From Octopus sinensis (taxonomy: Eukaryota), in contig NC_043021.1 in NCBI RefSeq assembly GCF_006345805.1, positions 24,924,001 to 24,988,000 on the forward strand: 64,000 nt of DNA. Reading direction: 5' to 3'. Shown piece after piece: positions 13,675-27,481 of the stretch. The position numbers were made by a program, and so were the translations under genes. Each line of letters starts with the position of its first letter. Positions within the stretch are counted from its first letter, which is position 1. Below the pieces are notes generated by a model. That model saw only the letters and a list, made by a program, of their open reading frames with translations. It had not been told where the DNA came from and ran no database searches.

Positions 13675-13892
13675 ATACATACATATATATATATATACAC
13701 ACATACATACATACTATATATATAATACACATACATACATACATATATATATAACACTACATACATACATATATATATTATATATATACATATAGATATA
13801 TATATTATATAGATATAATATATACATATATAATATATATTATACAATATATATATATATACTATATATATATATATAATACATATATAATA

Positions 13893-13925
<33 letters not shown>

Positions 13926-13978
13926 CATATATATATCTATATAGACATATATATATATATATATACATATATATATAG

Positions 13979-14035
<57 letters not shown>

Positions 14036-14337
14036 CATACATACATACATACATATATATACACATACATACATATATATATATACCATACATACATATA
14101 TATACACATACATACATACATATATATACACATACATACGTACATACATATATATATATATATAATATACACATAAACATACATATATATACACTACATG
14201 TACATACATATATATTATATATACACACAACATACATATATATACCACATACATACATACACATACATACCACATATATATACACATACATACATACATA
14301 TATATACACATACATACATACATATATATACCATACA

Positions 14338-14382
<45 letters not shown>

Positions 14383-14424
14383 CATACATACATCCTATAC
14401 CCATACATACATACATACATACCC

Positions 14425-14457
<33 letters not shown>

Positions 14458-14526
14458 GATATATATATATATATATATAATACACATACATACATACATA
14501 CATATGTCACATATGGTATATATATA

Positions 14527-14575
<49 letters not shown>
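13540..14575. repeat. Mixed (TA)n/(TACA)n array
   Basis: Directly visible. Confidence 0.97.
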
Positions 14576-14576
<1 letters not shown>

Positions 14577-14836
14577 ACATAAGTGCATTTGTATATATCA
14601 ATATCATTGTTTAACATCCAGCTTCCCATGTTACATGAATCAGACAGAATTTGTTGAGGCAAATTTTCGATGGCTGCTGCCAACCTTCATCTGCCTTGGA
14701 AAAAAAGGCAATATTTTCTCATGGCCAGACACATTTTGCACAAAACACTGGAAACAAACAACCTGGTTTCTATGACGATGGTGCTCATTTGCAGCCATCA
14801 CATGATATCTACATAACACTAAACACAAACATATGC

Positions 14837-14880
<44 letters not shown>

Positions 14881-14886
14881 GCATGA

Positions 14887-15209
14887 GTGAAGGCGCATGG
14901 CTCAGTGGTTAGAGCGTCGAGCTTACGATCGTGAGGTTGTGAGCTTGAATCCCGGACCGGGCTGCGTGTTGTGTTCTTGAGCAAGACACTATATTTCTCG
15001 TTGCTCCAGTTCACTCAGCTGTAGAAATGAGTTGCGACGTCAGAGGTGCCAAGCTGTATCGGCCCCTTTGCCTTTCCCTAGGATAACACTGGTGGCGTAG
15101 AGAGGGGAGGGTGGTATGCATGGGCGACTGCTGGTCTTCCATAAACTTGTGTCTAGGAGAGTAACTTTCTAGGTGCAATCCCATGGTCATTCATGACCGA
15201 AGGGGGTCT
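14887..15209 (+). mobile_element. tRNA-derived SINE family B
   Basis: A/B-box head; inverted relative to the 7930-8263 copy. Confidence 0.85.
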
Positions 15210-16385
15210 TTACCCTTATATATATATATATATGTCCACATGCACAAACCTACACACCTACACACATACACACAATGTGACAAGAATCTCCCAGTTTCTG
15301 CATACCGAATCCATTGATGAAGCTTTGGTTGGCCTGGGACTCTACAGCAGAAGATACTTGCCCAAGAGCATGCTTGGGAAACAAGCTTCTTTACATGGTA
15401 ACACATGCATGCATGTATACATGTGAGTATATGTGTGTGGTGTAGATGTGTGTGTGTGTGTGTTTGTGTTTGTGCGTGTGTTGCACACTTCCCTTCTACC
15501 AACTTTCTCTCATAAACCATTCCCCATCCCCATATTGCTATTAATTTTGCTTGTAAAGACAGAAACAATTACAAACAAACAGAACCAAGAAATAAATACA
15601 AAATTAAAACCAAAACTCCGATTCTCTTCTCCTTGGCACTAATTCTTCCACACTTTAATATACTCCATGTCTTTGATTCTTCTTTCCTAGCTTCCATTTA
15701 AGAGTTCTTCCGACACTATTTTCTATTTTGTCTTTAGAACAGCGAGTGCAGTGTCCCTGGCTATTCCCAGAGTCTCCAAGACTTGCAGGGAGGAAACAGG
15801 GAGTCCTTAAACATCAGGCTTCACCCACAGATGCTCGCAGCAGACTTTGCACTTTAGCGAATGTAGCCACAACTTGGATGCTGTGATTGGCCTGGGCAAA
15901 GTATTAAGTCCTGCCTGTTTCTGTTCCCTGTTTCGGTTCCCTGTTCCTCTTCCCTGTTTCTCTTCCCTGTTTCTCTTCCCTGTTTCTGTTCACTTAGGGT
16001 ATATGTCTTATTTGTGGGAGTCATTGGAGTGAGGAAATGCTGGAGCAACACTTTGAAAGGTTTTAGTGAAAGAAATCAATCCCAGTACTTTTTTGTTTTT
16101 GGAAAGTCTGGCACTTACTCTATTGTTTCTGTTTTGTTGAACTGCTAAGCTAAAGGGACATAAACAAACCAACAGCAGTTATCAGGCTTCCACAGTTTCC
16201 ACCAAACAAATTCACTCACAAGGCATTGGTTGGTTCATGGCTATATTAGAAGACACCTGCCCAAGGTGCCACACAGTGGGACTGAACCTGAAGCCATGTG
16301 GTTGGGAAGCAATCTTCAATAGAAACTTCAATAAAATAAACAAGAATAAACAACAACAAAGAAACAAACAAAATGCTAATTGTGG

Positions 16386-16699
16386 TTACGACTTTTGTTT
16401 TGCCAATGTTGCAATTTGCACTTTTTCCCTCAATTTGCCAGGCAACTGGTATTGGACCGCATCAGCAGCGAACTGAACCGAATATTTGTCAGACATGTGG
16501 ATCAGGAGCAAGTTGTTGATGTTGTCAAATAGGGAAGCGTGTTCGATGATCTCTGATAGATGGGTGTGGCCACGGAGTCTTGCCTTGTTGACGATGCCAG
16601 GGGTGAAACCTTCCAAATAGGTGGCTTCCATTATCAGCAACTTGACCTTTAAGAGGTCAGGTGGTGGGTTTGTTAGGAACACTTCAAATGTTGTGTCAC
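16386..16699 (-). CDS. TM-type (TRZ1-like) tRNase Z, exon 4 (last coding exon)
   Basis: Acceptor ctctctttcag|GT; the phase-1 join completes AFTG-DT. Encodes LLIMEATYL, GHTHLSEI and LLLIHMSDKY, ending at TAA 16386. Confidence 0.9.
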
Positions 16700-16934
16700 C
16701 TGAAAGAGAGAATGGTGAGGCAGGGGGAGAAGAAGGTTAATCAGTGTCTGTGAGAGGGGGGGGCGAGGAGGAGGAGGAGGGAGCGATAAAGATGTAAATA
16801 ACGAAAACAAAGAAATAAGCAGAGAGAGAATGTAGCAATAGAAAAGGCAGAGAGAGAGGGAGGAGGCAATGCTCGCATGGGCCCAGAGGTTGGGATGTGT
16901 CTGTTAGTGACATTACGCCAATCAAGTGAGAGTG

Positions 16935-17245
16935 TGTGGCCAAGTGGTTAGGGTGCTCAGCTCAAAATTGTAAGGTCATGAGTTCAATATTCAGTGGCAC
17001 AGTGTGCCATTGAGCAAGACACTTAATGTCACATTGCTCCAGTCAGCTCAGCTGGCAAAAATCCATTGTACCCATAATTCAAAAGGCCAGCCTTATCACA
17101 TTCTGTGCCATGCTAAATCTCTCTCACAACTATGTTAAGGGTGTCTGTGGAGTACTCGGCCACTTGCATGTTAATTTCACGAGCAGGCTGTTCTGTTAAT
17201 CAGATCAACTGGAACCCCTTATCATTGTAACTGACAGAGTGCCAA
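16935..17245 (+). mobile_element. SINE related to family B, in intron 3
   Basis: 'tggccaagtggttaggg...gagttcaat...ttgagcaagacactt...tgctccagtcagctcagctg'. Confidence 0.65.
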
Positions 17246-17387
17246 TTAATTAGGTACCCTTTTCTGGATGATTGTCTTTGAAGAACAGAGACCCTTGTAG
17301 AAAGGGGTTGATGGTTCCCTTATGATTTGGCTTTGTGTTTGGTGGATGCAAGGTTGTGTCAAGACAAAAACACTAGCAATGACTTAC

Positions 17388-17586
17388 CTGTAAAAGCCAC
17401 CTCTGGGACATATTGGACATCATAAAGAGACAGATTCTTATTCTCTGATTCCAGAGCAGTTAGTTGTTTTGAGCTTAGGTGTCTGAAATGAGGCTTTGGC
17501 GTCAGAGCCCGATGATAAATCAGGTAACCTTGGCTTGGCACTCGGTGGTATGTGGCAAATGGACGGACTATATACTGAGAAGATAC
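17388..17586 (-). CDS. TM-type tRNase Z, exon 3
   Basis: Acceptor cttttccattgcag|GTA and donor G|gtaagt. Encodes VRPFATYHRVPSQGY (motif III), a short flexible arm and PEVAFTG. Confidence 0.9.
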
Positions 17587-17619
17587 CTGCAATGGAAAAG
17601 GAAACTCTAAGACTAAAAT

Positions 17620-17703
17620 CAAGAAGAAGGAGGAAGAGAAGAAGAAGAAGAAGAAGAAGAAGAAGAAGAAGAAGAAGAAGAAGAAGAAGAAGAAGAAGAA
17701 GAA
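17620..17703. repeat. (AAG)n microsatellite, i.e. a (CTT)n pyrimidine tract upstream of exon 3 on the minus strand
   Basis: Directly visible. Confidence 0.95.
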
Positions 17704-18499
17704 ACCTGAAGTTTATTGATAAATCATTTGATAAGGAATTTTGTGGTTTGTTGAAGTAATTTCAAAGTTGCATGGTTGAGTCTTCGAGAATCCCCTTCCC
17801 ACTGTGAAGAAAACAAGCTGGAACTATTTGTCTTTTATTTGTTCCAGTCATTGGACCATGACCATGCTGGAGCAATGCCTTAAGGAATTGTCCCCGTCTG
17901 ACACTTGTATCAATCTCTTTGCTGAACTGCTAGGCTATGGTGACATAAACAAACCAACACTTGTCCTCATGTGAGGGAGGGGACAAACATACACACACAC
18001 ATACACTGTGGGGTTCCACACAGTTTCTGTCAACCAAATTCCCTGACAAGACATTGGTCAGCCCAGGACCATAGGAGTCACATGTCCAAGGTGTTGCACA
18101 GTGGAACTGAACTCGAAACCACACAGCCATGCCCATGCCTACAAATCTATAGAAACAAAAACCCCACCCCAATCGCACGTATGCTAGCCTCAACATCACT
18201 ATTTTAAGACCTCCTCACCCCCAACTCTCATTCTTGCAGGAGTTGGTTGGACAAGATTTTTCCAGAAACTCATAAGAACTTGTTGTGATTTCTTTCTTGA
18301 TGGTCAGCATTCGGAGCTCAGCCTTTATCAGTTCTTTCCCTGTCGGCCTCTTCTACAAGTTCCTTGTCCCACTTTAATCATTTGCCATTTCTTCATCCCA
18401 GCTGCCATCTCTCATTCGCAGAACAGCTCGGCAGCAACAAAGGCTTATTTCTCTCTTGTGCGATTGACTCTTATGTCTAATTTATTTGTCTGTCTCATT

Positions 18500-19680
18500 G
18501 TGAGTGAGTGGGTGGGTGAGTGGGTGGGTGAGTGAGTACGTGCATGTATGCGTGAGTGAGTGAGTGAGTGAGTGAGTGAGTGAGTGGGTGGGTGGGTGAG
18601 TGAGTGAGTGAGTGTGTTTGTGAGTGAGTGTGTGCGTGAGTGAGTGAGTGGGTGGGTGGGTGAGTGAGTGAGTGAGTGAGTGAGTGGTGGGTGGGTGGGT
18701 GAGTGAGTGAGTGGGTGGGTGAGTGAGTTGAGTGAGTGAGTGTGTGCGTGAGTGAGTGATGAGTGGGTGGGTGAGTGAGTGAGTGAGTGAGTGAGTGAGT
18801 GATGAGTGAGTGAGTGAGTGAGTGGGTGGGTGGTGGGTGAGTGAGTGAGTGAGTGAGTGGTTTTGTGAGTGAGTGTGTGCGTGAGTGAGTGAGTGGGGTG
18901 GGTTGGGTGAGTGGTGGTGAGTGATGAGTGAGTGAGTGGGTGGGTGGGTGGGTGAGTGAGTGAGTGGGGGGTGAGTGAGTGAGTGTGTTTGTGAGTGAGT
19001 GTGTGCGTGAGTGAGTGAGTGGGTGGGTGGTGTGAGTGAGTGAGTGAGTGAGTGAGTGGAGTGAGTGGGTGGGTGGGTGGGTGAGTGAGTGAGTGGTGGG
19101 TGAGTGAGTGAGTGTGTTTGTGAGTGAGTGTGTGCGTGAGTGAGTGAGTGGGTGGGTGGTGAGTGAGTGAGTGAGTGAGTGAGTGAGTGGGTGGGTGGGT
19201 GGGTGAGTGAGTGAGTGGGTGGGTGAGTGAGTGAGTGAGTGAGTGAGTGTGTGCGTGAGTGTGTGCGTGAGTGAGTGAGTGAGTGAGTGGGTGGGTGGGT
19301 GGGTGAGTGAGTGAGTGAGTGGTTGGGTGGGTGGGTGAGTGAGTGATGTGTGGCGTGAGTGAGTGAGTGAGTGGGTGGTGGGTGGTGAGTGAGTGAGTGA
19401 GTGAGTGAGTGAGTGAGTGGGTGGTGGGTGGGTGAGTGAGTGAGTGAGTGAGTGAGTGGGTGGGTGGGTGGGTGGGTGAGTGAGTGAGTGAGTGAGTGGG
19501 TGGGTGGGTGGGTGGGTGAGTGAGTGAGTGGGTGCGTGAGTGAGTGAGTGGGTGGGTGGGTGGGTGGGTGAGTGAGTGAGTGAGTGAGTGAGTGAGTGCG
19601 TGCGTGCGTGCGTGCGTGCGTGCGTGAGTGCGCGAGTGAGTGAGTGAGTGAGTGAGTGTGTTTGTGTGTGTGTGTGTTTG
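18500..19680. repeat. Compound (GAGT)n/(GGGT)n tetranucleotide array, ~1.2 kb
   Basis: Directly visible; source of the THSL-rich 433-aa ORF. Confidence 0.97.
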
Positions 19681-21834
19681 TGTGTTTGAAGTATGATTTC
19701 CGCTCTTGAAAATCCCGACAGATTTGGTAATTGATAATTTCTTCATGTTACCAGCTGTTATGTCAACAAGAGATTTTGTGAGTAACCCACTTAGAGTGAA
19801 TTAACCCCATTCACCAGACAACATCCAGAGTCTTTCATAAACATTTCATTAATAATAATAATCATTAGTGTTAGCAAATGATAACAAGAATTTATGAAGC
19901 TGGATAATATGAAATGCTCAGAGTCGTCTCCTTTGCAAAACTTCACTATTTTTCCTAATTCCACATGTTTCAATACGGCTGTAACATGTAGAAATATTCC
20001 AGTCTACCGTTAGATTATTTAAAAATGTAACCAACAGCCTTTTATAACTGTCTGTTGTTTTGTGTGAAGGTACAAACGTGTTGTTAAGACATTTCCTTAG
20101 CAACTACATTGTTCTGAGTTTCTGGATTCAACCCCATTGCTTGGGTCCTTGGACAAGGGGCTTCTACAGCCTCAGGTCAATCAGTTCATTGTGAGAGAGA
20201 AAGTGCACAGGAGCCTTTCATTCCTTCTTTGGTCAGGGAGGTGGTAGAGGCTGGGGTTTTAGGGCCGGATGCTCTTCCTGTCACCAAACCTTATCTGTTT
20301 TCAAAATAAGGGACTTTCTTCTACTCCAGAGGAATTCAAATGTGCACAGCTGGAGGGTGATTTGTTGAACAGGAAATGTCAACAAACATCACCAGTTGCA
20401 ACTCAACCTCAAATGGTGGCGCCACTACTTGTAATTGATTCACAAACATTTATATATATCATCATCATCATCATCATCATTTTAATGTCCACTTTTCCCT
20501 TGGTTGGTTGGAATGTGCTGAGGGAGATCTTCTTTGGTCAGATATTGTTCCTGTCACCAGCTCCACTTGTTTCCGAGTAAGGCAATATCTCCCCCATGGT
20601 CAGACATGTTCTCACAAAAGGTTCGAAATGAATTACACTTTTATGATGTTGATGCTTGTTTATAACTGTTATGCTATGTCAAGACAAGGAAACAGAAACA
20701 AACAAACACACACACATCGTATATGGAAGGCTTCTTTCAGTTTCCATCGACCAATTCCACTCACAAGGCTTTGGTTGACCTGAAATTATAGAAGATACTT
20801 ACCCATGGCACTGTGCAGTGAGACTGAACTGCAAGCCATGGGGTTGGGAAGCAAACTAATTAACCACACAGCCACAAGCGAGTGTGTGTGTGTGTGTTTA
20901 TATCCCAGTATTGGATGTCAATGACTTAGCCATTTTATAGAGATCAATAAAATATATACTGGAGTCAATATCATTCACTACAAAAAAAAAAAAGGAAAAA
21001 AAAATCTTTAAAGGTTGTGCTCCAGAATGGCCAAAGTCCAATGAAAGAAACCAGTCAGAAAATATAATACTGTTTTCTGGCTGTTCTAAAGGATTTACAG
21101 TCAAAGGGGTTTCACCCATGACCATCCCAACTTTTGACAACATTAAATAATATGGCCTTTATTCTTTAAGATGGAAATTTATCTGTTTCGAATATTTAAG
21201 TTGGAAATAGGGGAACAGCAAAATGGTTTTACTTGTTCTGTAGAACTTATCCTTTGTTCCTTCTTTCAATTACATCTGTCATGGCAGCAAGCGTTTTATT
21301 GGCGGCATGATCTTGGGGCTGGATGCTCTATCACCAAAGCTTCCTCTTTTTTCAAGTAAGGGTCTCTTTATACTTAGATTTTTGTATCTGGCTTGCAAAA
21401 GATTCTTTAAGTGAATTTGTGTGTTGTAACAAATTTTGTTGTGGCTAAAGAGAGTCATTATACCAACATTATTAGCACACACACTCGTTCAATTCCACTC
21501 GTTTCTCATTAGTCAATTGGTTAAATATCTAACAGATTGTTTAATTTGCTCTGTTTTTGTTTGTCAAAGTTCTTTCCTTGCTACTTGCAACCTTTTCAAT
21601 GACTGTTTGACTTCGTCCGTTCTCGAGGCCCCGTTTGTCTGTCTGTCTGTCTGTTATTGAAAAGATTGCAAAGAGCAACAAAAAAGCAGCGACAAACAAA
21701 ATCAAATTAAACAATTAATTAGTTAAAATAAGCAGTTTACCTCATAGGACCAGGAGGGGTGGTCGCAGGTGGATTGGTATCATAAGGATTTAAGCAGTGA
21801 AGTTGTCAGACGAAATGCTTTGCAGTTGTAGTTA

Positions 21835-22065
21835 TTCTTTTACTTGCTTTGGTCATTGGACTGCGGCCATACTAGAGCACCACCTTTAGTCGGACAAATT
21901 GACCTGAGGACTTATTCTTTGTAAGCCTTGTACTTATTCTATTGGTCTCTTTTGCTGAACCACTAAGTTACGAGGACGAAAACACACCGACATTGGCTGT
22001 CAAGCGATGGTGGAGGGAACAAACACAAACACACAAATACATACATAGAGACATACAAACACACG

Positions 22066-22099
<34 letters not shown>

Positions 22100-22212
22100 C
22101 GACAGGCTTCTTTCAGTTTCTATCTACCAAATCCACTTACAAGGCTTTGGTCGTCCCAAGGGTATAGTAGAAGACACTTGCCCAAAGTGCCAGGCAGTGG
22201 GATTGAACTCCT
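21835..22212 (-). mobile_element. tRNA-derived SINE family C with an internal (TG)/(TA) microsatellite
   Basis: Head 'gagttcaatcccactgc..ggcactttgggcaagtgtcttctactata', 'gaaactgaaagaagcc', then microsatellite, then tail 'ccgctaagttacg / gcggccat'. Other copies near 16100-16315, 17830-18130, 20730-20875, 22940-23075, 42450-42610 and 42890-43030. Confidence 0.75.
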
Positions 22213-23114
22213 AATGTTTCATTAGTTCAAATTTGACTGAAACCAACTTTGTTTTTCTTCTTTCTGGGGTTGATATCCAGAAGAATTGCTTTTTTCATGA
22301 ATTCTTAAAGAATCTCTTCATGGAAGATAAGATGATACACTGTACTGAAGTGGATTAACTAATCCAGTAAAAGACAAGGAGATGATACAGAATACAATAA
22401 TGGATCAAGCAAGCTTTCATTAAACCTTGAGCATTGAAACTAGCCATCTCTGGCTCAAATATTCTACCTGTTTTATCTTAAAACTGGCTAGATCCTGCCT
22501 CTCATACCTAGCCTACAATGTTATTTTAAAAATAAACAATCACATCATTGAAATCTTGAAGTTACAACATAATGCCTGATTCCTTGAAAACAATGTGAAT
22601 AAATAATCATTAAATTTGAAATCTGAATGCTAAAGAGTTAATTATTGATACAAGTCCACAAGGTTTTGGTGAAGGGTTCAATGCTTTACTTCAGCCAATG
22701 TTGGTGGAATCTTTCAGAAAGCCTCATTAAAACAAACTTCCTGAAATATGAGGCTGCTGTTATTAGAAACACACCAACAGCAACTGCAGAGCAAGGGAAA
22801 TAAATCAGAAGAAAACCAAAACCATTTTCCACCTGATTTCTTTTTGTTTTTTAAGATTTATCTCTTTTTGTTGGTGGCCGATATAAGGATTAGTTTCATT
22901 CTGGTTGGATTTTAAAGGAAAGGATATAATACGAGATGGCACAAGTGTGGTTGTGGGGTTAAGAAGTTTTGTTTGTAAAACTATGTCATCTTGGGTTCAT
23001 TCTCACTACATGACAGACAGCTTGGGCAAGTGTCATTTACTACAGCTCTCACAGAGACAGAAACTGAAAGAAGCCCATTTTATAGATATATACATATATA
23101 TATATATATATATT

Positions 23115-23408
23115 GATAGAAATGGCAAGACAACAAAAGAATGAAAGAGACCTCGATATTATGTAAATAGAGGAATTTATCTGTAAATGTAATATGTGAC
23201 AATTATTTGGTAGCCATGATAAGACTCCGAGTTTCAGATGCCGAGGTGGAAATCCTCGCCGCCATCTCTTCAGTTATTCGCCCAGCAAAAAAGTTTTTTC
23301 ATACCATTTTTTCCGATGGCCAGATAACTGAATAGTTGGTGGCATGGATTTCCACCTCGGCATCTGAAACTCAGAGTTTTATCTTGGCTACCGAATAATT
23401 GTTACATT

Positions 23409-23411
<3 letters not shown>
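23115..23411. mobile_element. Penelope-like remnant folded as an inverted repeat, with a hammerhead motif in each arm
   Basis: Arms ~23182-23277 and ~23323-23411 are reverse complements; (TA)n on both sides. Confidence 0.65.
23219..23277 (-). ncRNA. Type I hammerhead ribozyme motif
   Basis: ataa-CTGAAGA-GATG..CATC-t-GAAA-CTCGGAG-TC-ttat: intact core, GUC triplet, stems I-III present. Confidence 0.6.
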
Positions 23412-23450
<39 letters not shown>

Positions 23451-23506
23451 GGCGGTGCCCCAGCATGGCCACAGCTCATAAGCTGAAACTAGAATCAATC
23501 AATCAT

Positions 23507-23538
<32 letters not shown>

Positions 23539-23545
23539 AAATATA

Positions 23546-23592
<47 letters not shown>

Positions 23593-24877
23593 CTGTTTAG
23601 TGCTGTCAGCAAAAAAGAATACTCCATACGACAACAAATAATAATATATTTTGATCAAGTCAGTCTCTGGCTGCTCTGAATTTCATTTGAGAGTCCACAG
23701 GGATTTCAGGTAAATTGCGATTAATAACATCTCCAAGTAAGTCATAATTTGCCAGGAGATCCTGAGCACCGACAAATGAAATTCAGAGTAGCAAGAGACC
23801 GAGTCAACCAAAATAGTGTGTGTGTGTGTGTATGTCTGTGAGTGTGTGTGTGTATGAGTGTATGTGTGTGTGTGTGTGTACGCTTGTCAAAACATCATGT
23901 AATGGTTGTAAATGAGTATCAACGTCATACAAACAGTGTTGTTTGCTTCCTGTCGTCATTGGCAACAGGAAGGGCATCCAGCTGTAGAAAACCCGTCTCA
24001 TCAAATTCTGCCTGACCCATGCTGGGATGATGACAATGATGATGATGGCATGGATGTCTCCAGCCTTTGCTTCGGTTGTTTATATTTTCTAGAAAACACA
24101 AAGCTGGAGATTCCCAACCCTTTGCGTGGAATATAATCTAAGTTATGGCGAATAGCTTTTACAATTTCTCTCTCATCTTAACAGAAATATTTCATTTCGG
24201 CCAGAAACCTTTCTTTAAAACCTTCTACTCAGACTCTGACCCCTCTTCATTGCTTCCTCAGTCTCACGTACTTTACTATGATGCCTACGTCTACTTTCAG
24301 CAACTTCAAATTAACAGGTTTCATATACATGCTGTCAATAAACTCACCTCAACAGACAACTTTACCCAACACCAATGCTCTTCCTCCCCATCTTTGCAGC
24401 AACCTCATATAAATGCCTGCAAATACGACACAGCATCATATGAATTCTTGCACGTTGACAAAGTGAGGTTCCAGTTTTGCTAATAAAATTCTTTTTGCAA
24501 TCGTGGCATTATATTAGATTCTGTGTTTTACAGTTCACGTTTACATTTCTTTGGAAGGAGAATCCACTTTTAAATTTTAGAAGAACTGGGATCCAAATCT
24601 TAAAAATTGTTCTTACTGCATCTATGCACGTCTCTCGTCTCCACAGTCTTTCACAGAGAATTCAGAATTTTGATGGGAATTTTGCAAAAAATTTGATGAA
24701 ACCTATAGCTAAGCAGCCTAATAGCTAATCACTCAGTGGCTAAAAGCAATTGATAAAATCACTGACCCCTTTTATGACATCAGACCAATCCTCCCAGAAA
24801 ATATCTTTTTACTTCTTTATTTTTTTATTTTATTCTTTCTTCTCTAACCAAGCCTCTAACAATCTTTCGCATATTCA

Positions 24878-24912
<35 letters not shown>

Positions 24913-25542
24913 TTCAAAATGACAAAGAACATCTCAAATAACTACTCTCAAAACATCTTTTTCCAAAACTCAAGAAAACGAATCAAATTCTTGACTTTTT
25001 CAATCAACTCAAAAACATATAAAAAAGAAAAGTATTTAATAAACCACAACACGAGTCCCTGGAGGACATCAAAATACCCAAGAAAAAAGTATTTATCGAA
25101 ATTTGATCATATATATATAATTGTGCACATGTGCATGTGTGCACGCGCGTGTGTGTATGCATGTGTGCACGCGCGTGTGTGTATGCATGTGTGCACACAC
25201 GTATGTGTATGCATGTGTGCACGCGCGTGTGTGTGTGCGTGTGCATGTGTGTGTGCTTGTTTGTGTTATTCTAGTCTTGACATCATGTGATGATCAGAAA
25301 TGAACTTCATCGTCCCTCAAACGGGGTGGTCAGTTTCTAATGTTCCACACATAAATGTCTGGCCTTGCTTAAAATCAGGCGAGGTGAGGCAATGGACGGC
25401 CATAGAAAAGCTCTCTGCAAATTCTGTCGGACCCATGCCAGCATAGAAAAGTTGACATGAAAAGGATGAGGATGATTGTGTTTGATCAGGGCCAACCTAG
25501 GGCCAAAAAGAAACAAAAGCAGTGACCACAACAGTGTCTTAC

Positions 25543-25750
25543 CTGTACACTATTGCCCAGCTCTATTGGTTGAATGTCCAGCTGCTTCAGAACAGGTGGT
25601 GTGTTGGACAAAGAATACATCTGTTCTCCAATCTGTTTCAAGGGAGCAACAAGGTGTGGAGGGACGTAGTAGGTGGCCGGTGTCCAGTTGTACAAATTCC
25701 TTTTAGTTGCATGCTGGAACAGTGCTGACACATGGTCTAAATGTCCATGG
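25543..25750 (-). CDS. TM-type tRNase Z, exon 2
   Basis: Acceptor ttctgatag|C and donor CAG|gtaaga. The phase-2 join gives S-HGHLDH (HxHxDH MBL motif II), then TYYVPP. Confidence 0.9.
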
Positions 25751-26498
25751 CTATCAGAAGGATTGGCGGCAACCAAAAACGAAAAAAAAGAACAAAAAAG
25801 GAAAAGAAAAGGAGAAAATAAATTAATCATTTATTAAAATGTGAGCAAGTGCATGCATGTGTGTGCATATCCTTTCCCAAGTGCAGAGAAGGGGAGCACG
25901 GTACAGTTTAGTCTGGCCCCTGTAGATGTGTGTTCTAGAGATGATAATTGATCAAAGCCCCACTGAAAGTGAGATGCCCTCACCTCAAGGGGAGATGTGA
26001 AGATGTTGCAATCAATACATAACCTGAGAAGAGCTATAAGTACAGCAACCATCACCCAGCCTCCCACTTATATACTTCCAAGTCAGCAGCCAACCATCTT
26101 TCTTCCTCTCCATTCCTTGATTCTGCTCCACCACTTTCAGAGGCATTGGAAAGGAACCAAACTGACAAACTACTTGCTTTGAATTACAAGGACTCAGGAT
26201 TATTTGTTCAAGTTGGGCTTCCATAGTGTGAAACTGATAAAAGATACATTTCTCCAGGATAAGAAGCTAGTTTTTTGGTAAGAACTGAACTCAGCAATAA
26301 AGTCCAATAAACGAATCCCTAATTTCCACCTTTCATGTCTTATATTCTCTTTGGTATCTAACTAAAGCTATGTGGACTTGACCGTTGACAATAAACTGTT
26401 TTTCCCACAGTGTAGTGTCACTGGCGGCAGTTGAACTGCTGACGTCTCACAATTTCACTCCTTCCCATCCTTACCAGTACTTAACTCTGTGTGTGTGT

Positions 26499-26556
<58 letters not shown>

Positions 26557-26774
26557 ACACACAAAGAGCAATGGCTTTCAGAAGAGTACAAATAGGCTCA
26601 CAGGGATGGACACTGAGGAACAAGGTCTATTGTTAAATATTTAAATACAGTCCATAATGCTAAATACCAACACAGTAATGTACTAAGCAAACACCAACTC
26701 CTTTTAGTTTGGGATTTTTACCATCCACATCCTTGTTATAATAATAATAATGATGATGATGATGATGATCTTTC

Positions 26775-27480
26775 TTTAGTTAACCAATCACTGCGTACAA
26801 ACATCATTAAGGCTGAAGTAGACAAATCCGCAAGAGTGCAAAGTGCATAGTTTGTAAGGAGAAAGGGGAATCCATTATGCACATAATAAGGTCATGCAGT
26901 CCTTTGGTACAGAGGAATATAGACTCAGACCTGACTGTGTAGGCAAGGCACTACAATGGGACATATTAGTGCAAAGGGGATTTAAAGTGGGAAGAAAATG
27001 GTAAGAACATCAACCAGAAAGTGTAATAGAGAAGGACCCGTGTAAGGTTTTATGGGATTTTAATGCACAGACTGATTGCAAAATCCATGCCAGGTGACCA
27101 GATATTATGGTTCTGCACAAGTGGGAAAAAAGAGTGCCTCATCATAGATATGGCTATATCTGTGGACATGAATGTAGCAGTGAAAGAAGAGGAAAGAAAG
27201 ATTTGGCAAAGGAAATACAATGACTAAGAAGGATTTCTACAAAGGTAATCCCACTTGTTATAGGTGTCCTACATACCGTCACCAACAGACTTAACAGTTC
27301 ACTTATTGAGTTTGATGTAACTACAAGTGTTGCATTAATTCAGAAATGTGCTCTATTGGGAACAGCAAGGATTGTAAGAAAGGCCCTTAATATCTAAGAA
27401 AACTGGTTGTGACCCAGTATCATGAATGTTGATTCTGAATGTAAAAGATTCATACACACCATAAATAATAATAATAATAA
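26775..27480 (+). mobile_element. R4/Dong-like LINE 3' fragment, old
   Basis: QSLRTN..KC..CKEKGESIMHI, LWDF, PDI and VIPLVIG remnants; (AAT)n at both ends. Confidence 0.7.
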
Positions 27481-27481
27481 T

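Noticed and set aside
25751-25830. Signal-peptide-like start of ORF 25486-25830 (MINLFSPFLFLF...)
   Set aside because: It is the translated polypyrimidine tract of the intron before exon 2.
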